Source: Ignavibacteriota bacterium
Lineage (GTDB): Bacteria; Bacteroidota; Ignavibacteria; UBA10030; CAVZMI01
NCBI GenBank assembly: GCA_963776275.1
Contig: CAVZMI010000023.1
Coordinates: 416,001 to 480,000, forward strand
DNA: 64,000 bases
Reading direction: 5' to 3'
Part shown: piece by piece, positions 12,501-25,480 of the stretch
Layout: every line of letters begins with the position of its first letter
Position numbering within the stretch: position 1 is the stretch's first letter
Position numbers and translations under genes: made by a program
Notes under the pieces: generated by a model
Told to the model about the DNA's origin: nothing
Seen by the model: only the letters and a program-made list of their open reading frames with translations
Databases searched by the model: none

Positions 12501-13776
12501 TCTCGAGAATTTCCCAGACATCCGGCGTTTTCTTCTCGACCATTTTCTTTGCACTCTTGACCGTTTTGACCAGACCGCGTTCGATGAGCTTACGTATAAC
12601 AAAAGGTTTGAATAGTTCGACCGCCATATCCTTCGGGATGCCGCACTGATGGAGCTTCAATTCGGGACCGACAACGATCACAGAGCGGCCCGAATAATCC
12701 ACACGTTTCCCCAGAAGGTTCTGACGGAACCGCCCCTGCTTTCCTTTGAGCATATCTGAGAGAGATTTGAGGGCACGGTTATTATCACTGCGAACAGCAT
12801 TAACACGACGCGAATTATCGAATAGCGAATCAACCGCTTCCTGCAGCATCCGTTTTTCGTTACGGAGAATGACTTCTGGAGCTTTAATATCGATTAGCCG
12901 TTTCAAACGGTTATTGCGGATGATCACCCGCCGATAGAGATCGTTCAGATCAGATGTCGCGAAACGTCCACCTTCGAGTGGAACAAGCGGTCGGAGCTCC
13001 GGTGGTATGACAGGAATAACGTCCATCACCATCCATTCAGGACGGTTTACAGGAACCTCCTCACGCTGGCGAAATGCTTCAACGACACGCAACCGCTTCA
13101 AGGCTTCCGTCTTCTTCTGAGCCGAAGTCTCTTCTTTAACCGACATCCTCAACTCGGCCGAGAGAATTTCGATTTCTACCCGTTTCAACAACTCTTTAAT
13201 CGCTTCGCCACCTATGCCGGCCAGAAATTTTTTCGGATCGACGTGGTCGAGTTCCTGGTTCTTTGCAGGCAGACTTGCAAGCGCTTCGAAATATTGATCT
13301 TCCGAAATCAGCTCGCCCTTTTTCAAACCTGTTGGACCCGGGTTGATAACGACATACGATTCGTAATAAATAATCTTTTCTAGATCCTTCGAACTTATTC
13401 CGAGAATATAGCCGATCTTGCTAGGTAGCGATCGGAAATACCAGATATGCACCACAGGAACAGCGAGAGCGATATGTCCCATCCGTTCACGGCGAACGCT
13501 TTTTTGCGTCACTTCGACGCCGCACCGGTCACAGATGATTCCTTTGTACCGGATGCGTTTATATTTTCCGCAATGGCACTCCCAATCGCGAACAGGACCG
13601 AAGATTTTCTCGCAGAAGAGTCCATCTTTTTCCGGACGGAATGACCGATAGTTGATTGTTTCTGGTTTGGTCACTTCTCCGTGCGACCGAGCCAGTATTG
13701 CATCAGGTGATGCAAGGCTGATCATAATCCGATGGAAATTCTTTCTTATTGTTATATCTTGTGTTGTATATGACAT
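9517..13776 (-). CDS. rpoC: RNA polymerase beta' subunit
   Basis: NADFDGD catalytic motif, N-terminal Zn finger, [10 protein letters not shown]; start MSYTT after GGAGGGG. Confidence 0.99.
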   Translation of the reverse strand: MSYTTQDITIRKNFHRIMISLASPDAILARSHGEVTKPETINYRSFRPEKDGLFCEKIFGPVRDWECHCGKYKRIRYKGIICDRCGVEVTQKSVRRERMGHIALAVPVVHIWYFRSLPSKIGYILGISSKDLEKIIYYESYVVINPGPTGLKKGELISEDQYFEALASLPAKNQELDHVDPKKFLAGIGGEAIKELLKRVEIEILSAELRMSVKEETSAQKKTEALKRLRVVEAFRQREEVPVNRPEWMVMDVIPVIPPELRPLVPLEGGRFATSDLNDLYRRVIIRNNRLKRLIDIKAPEVILRNEKRMLQEAVDSLFDNSRRVNAVRSDNNRALKSLSDMLKGKQGRFRQNLLGKRVDYSGRSVIVVGPELKLHQCGIPKDMAVELFKPFVIRKLIERGLVKTVKSAKKMVEKKTPDVWEILENIIDGHPVLLNRAPTLHRLGIQAFQPVLVEGKAIRIHPMVCTAFNADFDGDQMAVHVPLSYDAQLEARILMLSSHNILSPAHGAPVVTPTQDQVLGCYYLTKSKPNDIGDGKLFASTNEVLIAYNNGKVGLHTRIKVRVDGRIYDTTVGRVIFNQIVPRELGFINELLNKSRLVQIIGASFRKCGNLRTSEFLDELKDLGFTYATRGGFSVSIGDVVIPKEKEELINRAQREVDRVQSQYLQGFITDGERYNKVVDIWTRTTSRVAERLFDALQHSRDGFNSLYMMVDSGARGSKDQVRQLAGMRGLMAKPQKSMSGATGELIENPIIANFREGLSILEYFISTHGARKGLADTALKTADAGYLTRRLVDVAQDAIISEDDCGTIRGVVTSALKEGEDIKEPLAERIVGRVSVHDVVDPLSGETIVESGEEITEEKAQRISETSIESVEIRSVLTCESKRGVCAKCYGRNLTTGNIVEPGEAVGIVAAQSIGEPGTQLTLRTFHTGGTASLIATQSQVTSKFDGKIKYEGLKLIPVGDGADGKIIVSGRSGIINILDKDNRILTKYDVPYGATLLMKDGTPVKRGDLIYEWDPYNATILSEHSGTIRYVDLKENVTYREEPDEQTGHVQKVVIDSRDRSLVPSLHILTKKGDKTGSYILPTRSHLVVEDGEGIYAGTVLVKIPRDIGKTRDITGGLPRVTELFEARSPSDPAIVSEIDGVVSFGAQKRGSREIIVTSHDGKDKRTYMIPLGKHILVQDNDVIRAGERLSDGAIDPHDILRIKGVGAVQEYLVNEIQEVYRMQGVKINDKHIEVIVRQMMQKVRVIDPGDTPFLEGDYVDKLKLTEENDLLQNKVVVVSKGDSKLKNGQILLRKKAREMNGELRKKGKKVIEYRDSEPATSEPVLLGITSAALSTVSFISAASFQETTKVLTDAAIESKIDPLLGLKENVIMGHLIPAGTGLKKFQNILVTKKDDLIIEEPPQPVKKATKRVVAS

Positions 13777-13917
13777 TGCCCCCTCCAAAAACATGATGTC
13801 TAAGCCGAAGGCTTATGCATGTCCTGCTGGCAGATTTGCCTAAGTTCCTATAGTAATCGGGACATCGGCGAGCAAGCAGGCGTTTCGCTTTACAGCCGGG
13901 CGTCTCTGGCGCAGATG

Positions 13918-17705
<3,788 letters not shown>

Positions 17706-17763
17706 GAGTACCGCTCCTTATCGTTTTTAAAAATCAGTGACACACGACCAATGACATGAGGGT

Positions 17764-17818
17764 AAAAAGTTAGCAAGCCGACACCCGGGAATGCTTCGCA
17801 TTATCAGGATCGACCTAC
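17764..17818 (-). terminator. Putative rplL-rpoB attenuator hairpin
   Basis: Minus strand GTAGGTCGA...TCGGCTTGC stem followed by TAACTTTTT. Confidence 0.4.
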
Positions 17819-17853
17819 TCACTCCACCGATAGCGGACTGAAAATGTCGATCG

Positions 17854-18234
17854 TTACTTCAGCTCGACTTTTGCTCCGGCGTCCTCAAGTTCTTTCTTTA
17901 ATTTCTGCGCCTCTTCCTTATTGATACCTTCCTTCACAGGTTTCGGTGCACCATCAACGAGATCTTTTGCTTCTTTCAATCCAAGACCTGTCGCAGCACG
18001 AACAACCTTAATCACGTTAATCTTCTGTCCACCAACTTCAAGTAACGTTACAGTGAACTCGGTCTTTTCTTCCGAAGCTGGAGCAGCCGCACCGGCAGCA
18101 GGAACTGCCCCGGCAACCATCATCGGCGCCGCGGCAGTAACACCAAATTTTTCTTCAAGGGCTTTTTTCAACTCGGCTGCTTCGAGCAGCGTAAGTTTTT
18201 CGATTTTCTCAACCAATTCTTGTACGACTGACAT
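17854..18234 (-). CDS. rplL: 50S ribosomal protein L7/L12
   Basis: [28 protein letters not shown]. Confidence 0.99.
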   Translation of the reverse strand: MSVVQELVEKIEKLTLLEAAELKKALEEKFGVTAAAPMMVAGAVPAAGAAAPASEEKTEFTVTLLEVGGQKINVIKVVRAATGLGLKEAKDLVDGAPKPVKEGINKEEAQKLKKELEDAGAKVELK

Positions 18235-18277
18235 GCCTATATCTCCTTTTCTGATATTTTCTCTTTTTACATTTCAG

Positions 18278-18799
18278 TTATGCTGCTTTTTTCTTTTCGA
18301 TCTGATCAATCACATTAACTAAGTTGCGCGTTACAGCGTTGATAGCGCCTACAACACCCGAAATCGGTGCGTCGAGGCTGCCAAGAATCGATCGGATTAT
18401 TTCGCCTCGTGATGGAAGTGCCGCCAGTTGTGGAAGCTGGGCCCCTGCATAAACGGTTTTTTCCAGCACGGCGATCTTGAGCTGCAGCTTTTCGTATTTA
18501 TCACGGAACTTTTTAATGACCTTTGCCGGGGCAGTTGGGTCATCGTACGCAAAGGCTATGCCGGTTGGACCAACCAGGACATCGTAAACCTTATCGTATC
18601 CGGTCACTTCTTCCAGCGCCTTTCGTGCGAGCGTATTCTTTACAACTCTGTAATCGACACCCGATTTGCGGAACTCGCGTCGGAGCTCGGTCGCCTGTTC
18701 GACTGTCAACCCAGAGAAATCAGTAAGGAACAATCCCTTGGATCGAGTTAGTTTCTCGACTACCTCGGCAACTATCTGTTCTTTTTCTGATCGTTTCAT
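18278..18799 (-). CDS. rplJ: 50S ribosomal protein L10
   Basis: DFSGLTV, VVKNTL, GPTGIAF; gene order. Confidence 0.97.
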   Translation of the reverse strand: MKRSEKEQIVAEVVEKLTRSKGLFLTDFSGLTVEQATELRREFRKSGVDYRVVKNTLARKALEEVTGYDKVYDVLVGPTGIAFAYDDPTAPAKVIKKFRDKYEKLQLKIAVLEKTVYAGAQLPQLAALPSRGEIIRSILGSLDAPISGVVGAINAVTRNLVNVIDQIEKKKAA

Positions 18800-18895
18800 G
18801 TACTCCTCAGTTTATCTTTCTGTTGCACGATGAGAAGCCCTCACGGCATTTGCCTGAGGCATCGTACATTTATTAAGTAACGAGTGCGTAATTTT

Positions 18896-19591
18896 TCAGT
18901 GTACAGCAAGAACATTTCGATCGATTTTCACGCCGGGGCCCATAGTGCTCGAGATGGCAATGCTTCGCACGTATTGTCCTTTCGCTGACGACGGTTTTAG
19001 ACGGACCACCGTGTTCAAGAAGGTCTGAATATTCTCGACCAGCTTTTGTCTTTCAAAATTTGCTTTCCCGACCGTCGCATGAAGAATTCCGGCTTTATCA
19101 ACACGAAATTCAATCTTTCCGGCTTTGACTTCCTTCACCGCTTTGGCTACATCTGGTGTTACCGTGCCGCTCTTGGGGTTTGGCATCAATCCGCGGGGAC
19201 CAAGAAGTTTTCCAAGTTTTCCGACTTCTCCCATAACGTCAGGAGCAGCAATAATCACATCGATTTCAGCCCAACCCGACTGTAATTTCTGGACATACTC
19301 TGCCAGTCCTGCATGATCCGCACCTGCTGCCTTGGCTTCCTCATCCTTCGGCGGTTTTGCAAGAACCAGCACCCTGACTTCCTTTCCTATTCCGTGGGGA
19401 AGCGAAACGGTCCCACGAATTGCCTGATCGGCTTTTTTCGGATCGACGCCGAGGCGGACCGCAATATCGACCCCCTCATTAAATTTTGCAGTAGCGGTAT
19501 CTTTTACAATGTCGACCGCTTCTTCAATTGTATAGAGTTTCTTTGGATCGACTTTTGCAGCAACTGTTTTAAAACGTTTACTCTGTTTCAT
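18896..19591 (-). CDS. rplA: 50S ribosomal protein L1
   Basis: LGPRGLMPNPK, STMGPG. Confidence 0.99.
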   Translation of the reverse strand: MKQSKRFKTVAAKVDPKKLYTIEEAVDIVKDTATAKFNEGVDIAVRLGVDPKKADQAIRGTVSLPHGIGKEVRVLVLAKPPKDEEAKAAGADHAGLAEYVQKLQSGWAEIDVIIAAPDVMGEVGKLGKLLGPRGLMPNPKSGTVTPDVAKAVKEVKAGKIEFRVDKAGILHATVGKANFERQKLVENIQTFLNTVVRLKPSSAKGQYVRSIAISSTMGPGVKIDRNVLAVH

Positions 19592-19610
19592 CGATTGTTC
19601 CTTCGATTAA

Positions 19611-19644
19611 GTGGTCCAGGCGTCTGTGTACCTCAGACTTCCAC
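19611..19644 (-). promoter_or_regulatory. Putative L1-binding mRNA site between rplK and rplA
   Basis: Minus strand GTGGAAG-hairpin-GACCAC just upstream of the rplA RBS, resembling the GUGGGAG...ACCAC L1 operator. Confidence 0.6.
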
Positions 19645-19653
19645 GTGATGATT

Positions 19654-20080
19654 TTATGCTTCGACTGTAATTCCCATGCTTCGTGCCGTTCCGGCAACCA
19701 TGCGTGCGGCTGCTTCGATATCATACGCATTCAGATCGGCCATTTTTGATTGTGCAATTTCACGTACTTGTTTCATCGTTACATTTCCGACTTTCGTTCT
19801 GTTCGGTTCGGCTGATCCTTTTTCAAGCTTTGCCGCTTTCAATAAAAGAACCGACGCCGGAGGTGTCTTTGTGATAAAGGTGAACGATTTATCCGAATAT
19901 ACCGTTATCACAACGGGAATGATTAGACCTTGCTGATCCTTTGTACGCATGTTGAAGGTCTTACAAAACTCCATAATGTTGACGCCCTTTTGTCCGAGTG
20001 CCGGGACCGACTGGCGGCGCAGGGTTAGCCTGTCCTGCCGGAATTTGGAGTTTTATGTATCCAGCTATTTTCTTTGCCAT
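19654..20080 (-). CDS. rplK: 50S ribosomal protein L11 (extra base near 20004)
   Basis: [26 protein letters not shown], then frame change to [14 protein letters not shown]...GTARSMG. Confidence 0.96.
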
Positions 20081-20114
20081 TTAATGCTCGCTGCTTTATT
20101 TATAGATAGACTAT

Positions 20115-20648
20115 TTACTTTTCAGCTTCAACCTGACCGAAATCCAACTCCACCGGTGTTTTCCGGCCGAAGATACTCACCATCACTTTAAGTTTCATTT
20201 TCTCTTCGTTCACTTCCTGGACAAAACCCGTGAAATTATTGAAATGACCATCAATGACTTTGACGGGTTCACCGATATGGAATGGAGTCTCGATCAATTC
20301 GACATCTTTCTTCTCTTCAATCTTTCCGATCAATCTGCGTACTTCATCAACCTGAAGCGGGACGGGTGTATTCTTCGGGCCGACAAAATTCATCACCGAC
20401 GGTGTATTCAGGATAAGATCCTTCACCTTCACATCCATCTCGGCTTCGATAAGTATGTAACCGGGGAAGAAGGTTTTGGTTTTACTCTTCTTCTTTCCCT
20501 CCTTCACCTCGAATACTTTTTCGGATGGGACAAGAACGTTCGTAATTTTTTCCTGCATCCCTCGTTCGACGATTTCATGCTCGAGGTAATTTTTTACCTT
20601 ATTTTCGTGTCCCGAATATGTCCGGACCACATACCACTTTTTGTCCAC
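20115..20648 (-). CDS. nusG: Transcription factor NusG
   Basis: WYVVRTYSGHE, FPGYI, VSIFGRKTPVEL. Confidence 0.98.
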   Translation of the reverse strand: MDKKWYVVRTYSGHENKVKNYLEHEIVERGMQEKITNVLVPSEKVFEVKEGKKKSKTKTFFPGYILIEAEMDVKVKDLILNTPSVMNFVGPKNTPVPLQVDEVRRLIGKIEEKKDVELIETPFHIGEPVKVIDGHFNNFTGFVQEVNEEKMKLKVMVSIFGRKTPVELDFGQVEAEK

Positions 20649-20677
20649 AATTGTCTCGACCTTCCTTTAAACGAGGA

Positions 20678-20860
20678 TTAAAGGATAAACTTAAGAATTT
20701 GACTCACAGCCGTATCGATCAAATAAATGAACGCTGCGATAATAAGGCATACCACGATAATCACCATTGTTGATTCACGCAGCTCATCTTTTTTAGGCCA
20801 CGTGACTTTCGCCATTTCCTTGGTGATATCGATGAAGAAAGCAATAATTTTTTCTTTCAT
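20678..20860 (-). CDS. secE: Preprotein translocase SecE
   Basis: EMAKVTWP motif plus one TM helix, upstream of nusG. Confidence 0.95.
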   Translation of the reverse strand: MKEKIIAFFIDITKEMAKVTWPKKDELRESTMVIIVVCLIIAAFIYLIDTAVSQILKFIL

Positions 20861-20926
20861 AATTCAATCACTGATAGTATAGGTACCGTTCTTTGATCTA
20901 TTTTCTCCGCTTCATCCCGCCTTTTA

Positions 20927-20986
20927 CCTTTCGACTTCGCTCCCCGTCTCGCCGAGGCTCGCCGAGGCGGACGCTTCGTCGGAAGG
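20927..20986. repeat. Nested palindrome 3' of tRNA-Trp
   Basis: Outer cctttcgac...gtcggaagg stem enclosing cccgtctcgccgaggctcgccgaggcggac, which recurs at 4956-4985. Confidence 0.7.
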
Positions 20987-20989
20987 TTG

Positions 20990-21062
20990 CACGTCAGGAG
21001 GGACTCGAACCCCCAACCTGCGGTTTTGGAGACCGCTGCTCTACCAATTAAGCTACTGACGT
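20990..21062 (-). tRNA. tRNA-Trp(CCA)
   Basis: ACGTCAG acceptor, anticodon loop CTCCAAA, GGTTCGAGTCC T arm. Confidence 0.97.
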
Positions 21063-21098
21063 ATGTATGACATTATAAGAGATTCATCGACCAAAGAG

Positions 21099-21248
21099 TT
21101 ATTTTGTCTCTTTGTGTTGGGTATGTTTTCCACAGTAGCGGCAATACTTTTTGTACTCGACTCTACCCGATTGTATTTTTTTATTTTTAGTAGTCGAATA
21201 ATTTCGACGTTTGCACTCCGTGCATTCCAGCGTGATAATGTCTCTCAC
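21099..21248 (-). CDS. rpmG: 50S ribosomal protein L33, Zn-ribbon (C+) type; missing from the ORF track
   Basis: Manual translation [49 protein letters not shown] (GTG start). Confidence 0.96.
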   Translation of the reverse strand: MRDIITLECTECKRRNYSTTKNKKIQSGRVEYKKYCRYCGKHTQHKETK

Positions 21249-21288
21249 GTATGACTCCTAATTCGTTAATAAGACTTTTTAATTCCCG

Positions 21289-21361
<73 letters not shown>

Positions 21362-21470
21362 GTGTAAATCGCGAATTACACCTACGGCCCGTAGGGAATT
21401 TTGAATTACAAATGTCCTACTCTATACCATCATCATTCATCATTAACAATTCGCAATTCAGCATTTAAAA

Positions 21471-21912
21471 GAGCGGGAGACGGGACTTCCCGCCTCCGGC
21501 GGGACGACCAACAGCTTGCGCGCTGGGGCCTTCTCCTCCTCTTAAAAACAGTGAATCATTTTTTGACTAATAGATAAGACCTACCCACATTCACAATTCT
21601 TCATTCATCATTGACACGAGCGGGAGACGGGACTTCCCGCCTCCGGCGGGACGACCAACAGCTTGCGCGCTGGGGTCCTTCTCCTCCTCTTAAAAACAGT
21701 GAATCATTTTTTGACTAATAGATAAGACCTACCCACATTCACAATTCTTCATTCATCATTGACACGAGCGGGAGACGGGACTTCCCGCCTCCGGCGGGAC
21801 GACCAACAGCTTGCGCGCTGGGTCCTTCTCCTCCTCTTAAAAACAGTGAATCATTTTTTGACTAATAGATAAGACCTACCCACATTCACAATTCTTCATT
21901 CATCATTGACAC
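21471..21912 (-). repeat. Three tandem ~147-bp repeats, each ending in a modified tRNA-Gly 3' half
   Basis: Units 21471-21617, 21618-21765 and 21766-21912 are near-identical. Confidence 0.95.
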
Positions 21913-21913
21913 G

Positions 21914-21986
21914 AGCGGGAGACGGGACTCGAACCCGCGACCAACAGCTTGGAAGGCTGTGACTCTACCAACTGAGTTACTCCCGC
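21914..21986 (-). tRNA. tRNA-Gly(TCC)
   Basis: GCGGGAG acceptor, loop CTTCCAA, GGTTCGAGTCC. Confidence 0.97.
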
Positions 21987-22120
21987 CTGTAAATTCTGAA
22001 TTATGAAATGTGAATAGTGAATGTTTCAAAGTCTAATTCTTTTTATTGGCTGATTCTTTTTTTAGTCCCAAGCCATCTTTTTCATTCACAATTCACAACA
22101 CACTATTCACTATTTACATG

Positions 22121-22204
22121 TGGGCAGGGAAGGATTCGAACCTCCGAAGGCGCTCGGCCGACAGATTTACAGTCTGTTGCGTTTAACCACTTCGCTACCT
22201 GCCC
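22121..22204 (-). tRNA. tRNA-Tyr(GTA)
   Basis: GGGCAGG acceptor, loop CTGTAAA, long variable arm. Confidence 0.97.
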
Positions 22205-22226
22205 GTAAAGATAAAAAAATTCTCTG

Positions 22227-22265
22227 GCTGGCGATTCCGCCCCAAGCGGGATGACCTGCTGATTA
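22227..22265 (-). repeat. Copy of the tRNA-Thr(TGT) 3' half with the T arm replaced
   Basis: gctggcgat[tccgccccaagcggg]atgacctgctgatta vs gctggcgat[cggacttgaaccg]atgacctgctgatta. Confidence 0.85.
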
Positions 22266-22284
22266 TCCCAACAACCTCTCATAG

Positions 22285-22357
22285 AGCTGGCGATCGGACT
22301 TGAACCGATGACCTGCTGATTACAAGTCAGCTGCTCTACCAACTGAGCTACGCCAGC
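22285..22357 (-). tRNA. tRNA-Thr(TGT)
   Basis: GCTGGCG acceptor, loop CTTGTAA, GGTTCAAGTCC. Confidence 0.97.
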
Positions 22358-22477
22358 GCGAAGCGGTATCGGTTGTCGGGACTGAGCTAAGCCAGCATGA
22401 TATAGCAGAAGTTGCTGGAACCGTTCTACAAAATGAATTACCTTAGCAAAAATCGAACCAAATTAGTTAAGCCTTAA

Positions 22478-22505
22478 AATATACGATTTTTTTACATAAA
22501 GTCAA
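22478..22505 (-). promoter_or_regulatory. sigma70-type promoter of the tRNA cluster
   Basis: Minus strand TTGACT-16 nt-TATATT. Confidence 0.65.
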
Positions 22506-22534
22506 TCAACTAATTCAATAATTTCACTATTTTT

Positions 22535-25480
22535 CTATGTAAAAACCATTTCTGCAAACTTTTCCATTCGACACAGAAAAACTCTACGAACCTCCTTCAT
22601 CCGGCTTTCGATTTCTTTTGTCAATTGTTTAAAATCCGCCATTCCGACGCATTTTGCTAGAAAATCGGCTTTTTGCCCTCTCCCGGGCAGAATTGTCGAG
22701 TTTATTTCAAGCGCCAAGCGCATGTTTTTTTCGATGTTCCTATATTCTATATATGAATTCTTGAGGAACCTTAACTCATTCTGCGGTATATATCCCAGAG
22801 AAGCTGCGTCATTGAGACTCGCAAGCGTACCAGTATCATTAAGTGTTTCTCCCACTCCCAATCGTATGAGACAAAATGTTTGTGCAAGAAATTCAATATC
22901 CATCATTCCCCCTATACCTAACTTGATGTCATAGAATCCTTCTGCATGGACTTTGCTTCGTGTTTCTGTTTTCCTACGCATTTCCACAATCGATCGAATA
23001 TCCTGCGCACGGTATTTTCGAGATGCGAGCACCACTCGTATCATATTTTCTGTTTCATTCATTACCGCGAGATCGCCGGTAACTGCCCGTGCTTTAACAA
23101 GCGATTGAAATTCCCAGAGCGCTGCGCGCTGTTCTAAATAGGCTCGGTACGTTTCTATAGGTGTCACTACAGGAGCGTTCCTTCCCTCGGGTCGCAGCCG
23201 CGCATCGACATCGTACAATCTCCCGGCCTCAGTGACTTCCGTGAGTCGAGAGATTAATGACTGACAAATAACCCGCATTGCTTCGAGACGTTCCATCGTC
23301 TCACCGGAACTTACAAAGACGAGATCGAGGTCTGAATCAAAAGTAATTTCTTTCCCTCCAAATTTTCCCAGGGCGACGACGGCAAGCTTCGGGTTTTTTA
23401 CTCCTGACTCGTCCACTATCCTTTCATAAAGCCTTCCTACGATTTTTTCCGCTGTGAGCGTCAATTCTCTCGTCAGATCCTCGATAGTCGATAAACCGAG
23501 AATATTCCGGATTGCCGAACGCATCTCCTGAAAATATTTATAATCGTGAAGTGAAAATGATTCTATCCCGGTAAGCTCACCACCTGAAAGGATTTCCGAC
23601 ATCCGGGCCATGAGAATATCCAAAAACAGCGAATGGTGAATCAGAAGAGTGATAATCCTAGGACTCACAGAACAGATTTTCATCAGGAGAGATCGGAATG
23701 CTTTTTCTCGTAGCGTTGTGTAGAGTTGTTCCGGGAACCTTAGCCGGGTGACAAGCCGCACGAGATTTGCAAGTCCAAGATCAGGATTGACCGATGTGCG
23801 TAGGTCTTCCATCAAAAGCGGCGCTATGTTGAGAAAGGCTTCCTGAGTCCTGCTGTCAAATTCCTTTCGTCCCATACTCGAAGAACCCCGAAGCAAAATA
23901 CCAAGATTCTTTTTTGCCTCATCAATCTGGGAAAATATTGCCGGAAGTATCAATTCTTGGATTGGTAGATCACGGCCAAGTCGGGATGGAACGCCGGCGT
24001 TTCCTTCCAAAGACTGAGATCCGACAACAGAATCGAAGATTGTCCGCACACCAACGCGCAGTGAGCGTATGTTCCCGGTTAATTGCTTTCCATTATTCAT
24101 AGACAAACGCCGGGCAAGTTTTGTCATTTCCCGTATCGACGACGGCAGAGTGTGTGTTTGAACATCATACATAATCTGAAGACGGTGTTCAACATTCCGG
24201 AAGAGAAAATATGCACTCGTGAGAGTGGCGTATTCTTCTTCCGAAATTAGATTTTTTCCTCTTAGCGCCTCGAGCGCCTTCATTGTGTTGCGCTGACGCA
24301 ATTCCGGATGCTTGCCTGCATTAATAAGCTGCAGTGCCTGTGCCACAAATTCAATATCGCGAATTCCACCAGGACAGAGTTTGATATTAGCATCGTCGCC
24401 ATGCTCTTGTTCAATCCGTGCTTTCATTTGTGCAATTTCCTCTGTCGGATTCTTAAAAAATGTCCGAGGATAGATAAACGGACTAAGCCTTTCAAGTAGG
24501 TGCTCTCCGAATTCACGATCACCGGCAAGGGGTCGTGCTTTTATCAACATCTGACGTTCCCACTGTTCACCGCGCGACTCGTAATAAAGAATGGTGCTTT
24601 CGGCCGATCTGGCAAGCGGCCCAGAATTCCCGTCAGGACGGAGACGGAGGTCTATTCTATAGAGGGTTCCTTCCGAAGTCGAGGTCATCATCCATTGCAC
24701 CACTGTTTCGGTCATACGTATAAAGAACTCATGATGATGTATTGTACGACCATTGAGGGCATCTATTTCCCCTTCCTCACCATACACAACCATGAGATCA
24801 ATGTCGGAGCTGTAATTCAACTCTTCCCCGCCAAGTTTTCCGAGACCGATGATCGTCCACGGCGTTTCCGGCCGAGCCCCATAATGTTTTGTAAGCTCTG
24901 CAATAGCAAGATGGGCCGTACAATCAATAATTGCGTCTGCAAGGATTGAGAGTTCACGTGTAACGCCAACGACATCCGAAGAACCGAGAAGATCACGCAC
25001 ACCGATCCGAAGAATCTCGCGGCGGTAAAAGCGTTTCAGTGCGTTGATTTTACGCTCCGTTTTTTCAAATAACGAAATCGCCTTCCGTGTCTCGGTATGG
25101 TACTGGTCGTATGTTTTTTCACGTGAGAGTGCATCGCTTGTCGTCAGCCAGCGGAAGAGTTCCGGATCGCGGACGAGAATATCAGAAAAGTACTGGGAAG
25201 ACGAAAAGATTTTTATCAGAAGCTCACGAAGAACAGCATATCGTGATAAATCGTGAAGCAGCGACGCCGGAGTAAATGATGCTTCGAGGAATCGCAGAAT
25301 ATTCGTCAGCGCCATGTCGGCATCGGCGCAGTTCGCCAGCAGCGACATAAACGATTGGACGAGATCATCGCGGACAATATCAGGAGTCGAACGGATGATT
25401 ATCTCGTTGAATGCATTGAGGTTTCGTTCGGCCCGGCGCGGATCATTGAACCGCACGCGCGACCGCGCACGCTGTTTCAT
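22535..25480 (-). CDS. glnE: Glutamine synthetase adenylyltransferase/deadenylase
   Basis: Two nucleotidyltransferase motifs GKLGGEELNYSSDIDL and GKFGGKEITFDSDLDL; DLRLRPDG; GGIRDIEF. Confidence 0.93.
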   Translation of the reverse strand: MKQRARSRVRFNDPRRAERNLNAFNEIIIRSTPDIVRDDLVQSFMSLLANCADADMALTNILRFLEASFTPASLLHDLSRYAVLRELLIKIFSSSQYFSDILVRDPELFRWLTTSDALSREKTYDQYHTETRKAISLFEKTERKINALKRFYRREILRIGVRDLLGSSDVVGVTRELSILADAIIDCTAHLAIAELTKHYGARPETPWTIIGLGKLGGEELNYSSDIDLMVVYGEEGEIDALNGRTIHHHEFFIRMTETVVQWMMTSTSEGTLYRIDLRLRPDGNSGPLARSAESTILYYESRGEQWERQMLIKARPLAGDREFGEHLLERLSPFIYPRTFFKNPTEEIAQMKARIEQEHGDDANIKLCPGGIRDIEFVAQALQLINAGKHPELRQRNTMKALEALRGKNLISEEEYATLTSAYFLFRNVEHRLQIMYDVQTHTLPSSIREMTKLARRLSMNNGKQLTGNIRSLRVGVRTIFDSVVGSQSLEGNAGVPSRLGRDLPIQELILPAIFSQIDEAKKNLGILLRGSSSMGRKEFDSRTQEAFLNIAPLLMEDLRTSVNPDLGLANLVRLVTRLRFPEQLYTTLREKAFRSLLMKICSVSPRIITLLIHHSLFLDILMARMSEILSGGELTGIESFSLHDYKYFQEMRSAIRNILGLSTIEDLTRELTLTAEKIVGRLYERIVDESGVKNPKLAVVALGKFGGKEITFDSDLDLVFVSSGETMERLEAMRVICQSLISRLTEVTEAGRLYDVDARLRPEGRNAPVVTPIETYRAYLEQRAALWEFQSLVKARAVTGDLAVMNETENMIRVVLASRKYRAQDIRSIVEMRRKTETRSKVHAEGFYDIKLGIGGMMDIEFLAQTFCLIRLGVGETLNDTGTLASLNDAASLGYIPQNELRFLKNSYIEYRNIEKNMRLALEINSTILPGRGQKADFLAKCVGMADFKQLTKEIESRMKEVRRVFLCRMEKFAEMVFT

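Noticed and set aside
18800-18895. Canonical L10 leader before rplJ
   Set aside because: A hairpin is present but I could not match the characteristic L10-leader core
21471-21929. CRISPR array or integrative-element att sites at the tRNA-Gly repeats
   Set aside because: The intervening sequences are identical rather than unique spacers, and there is no cas gene, integrase or cargo
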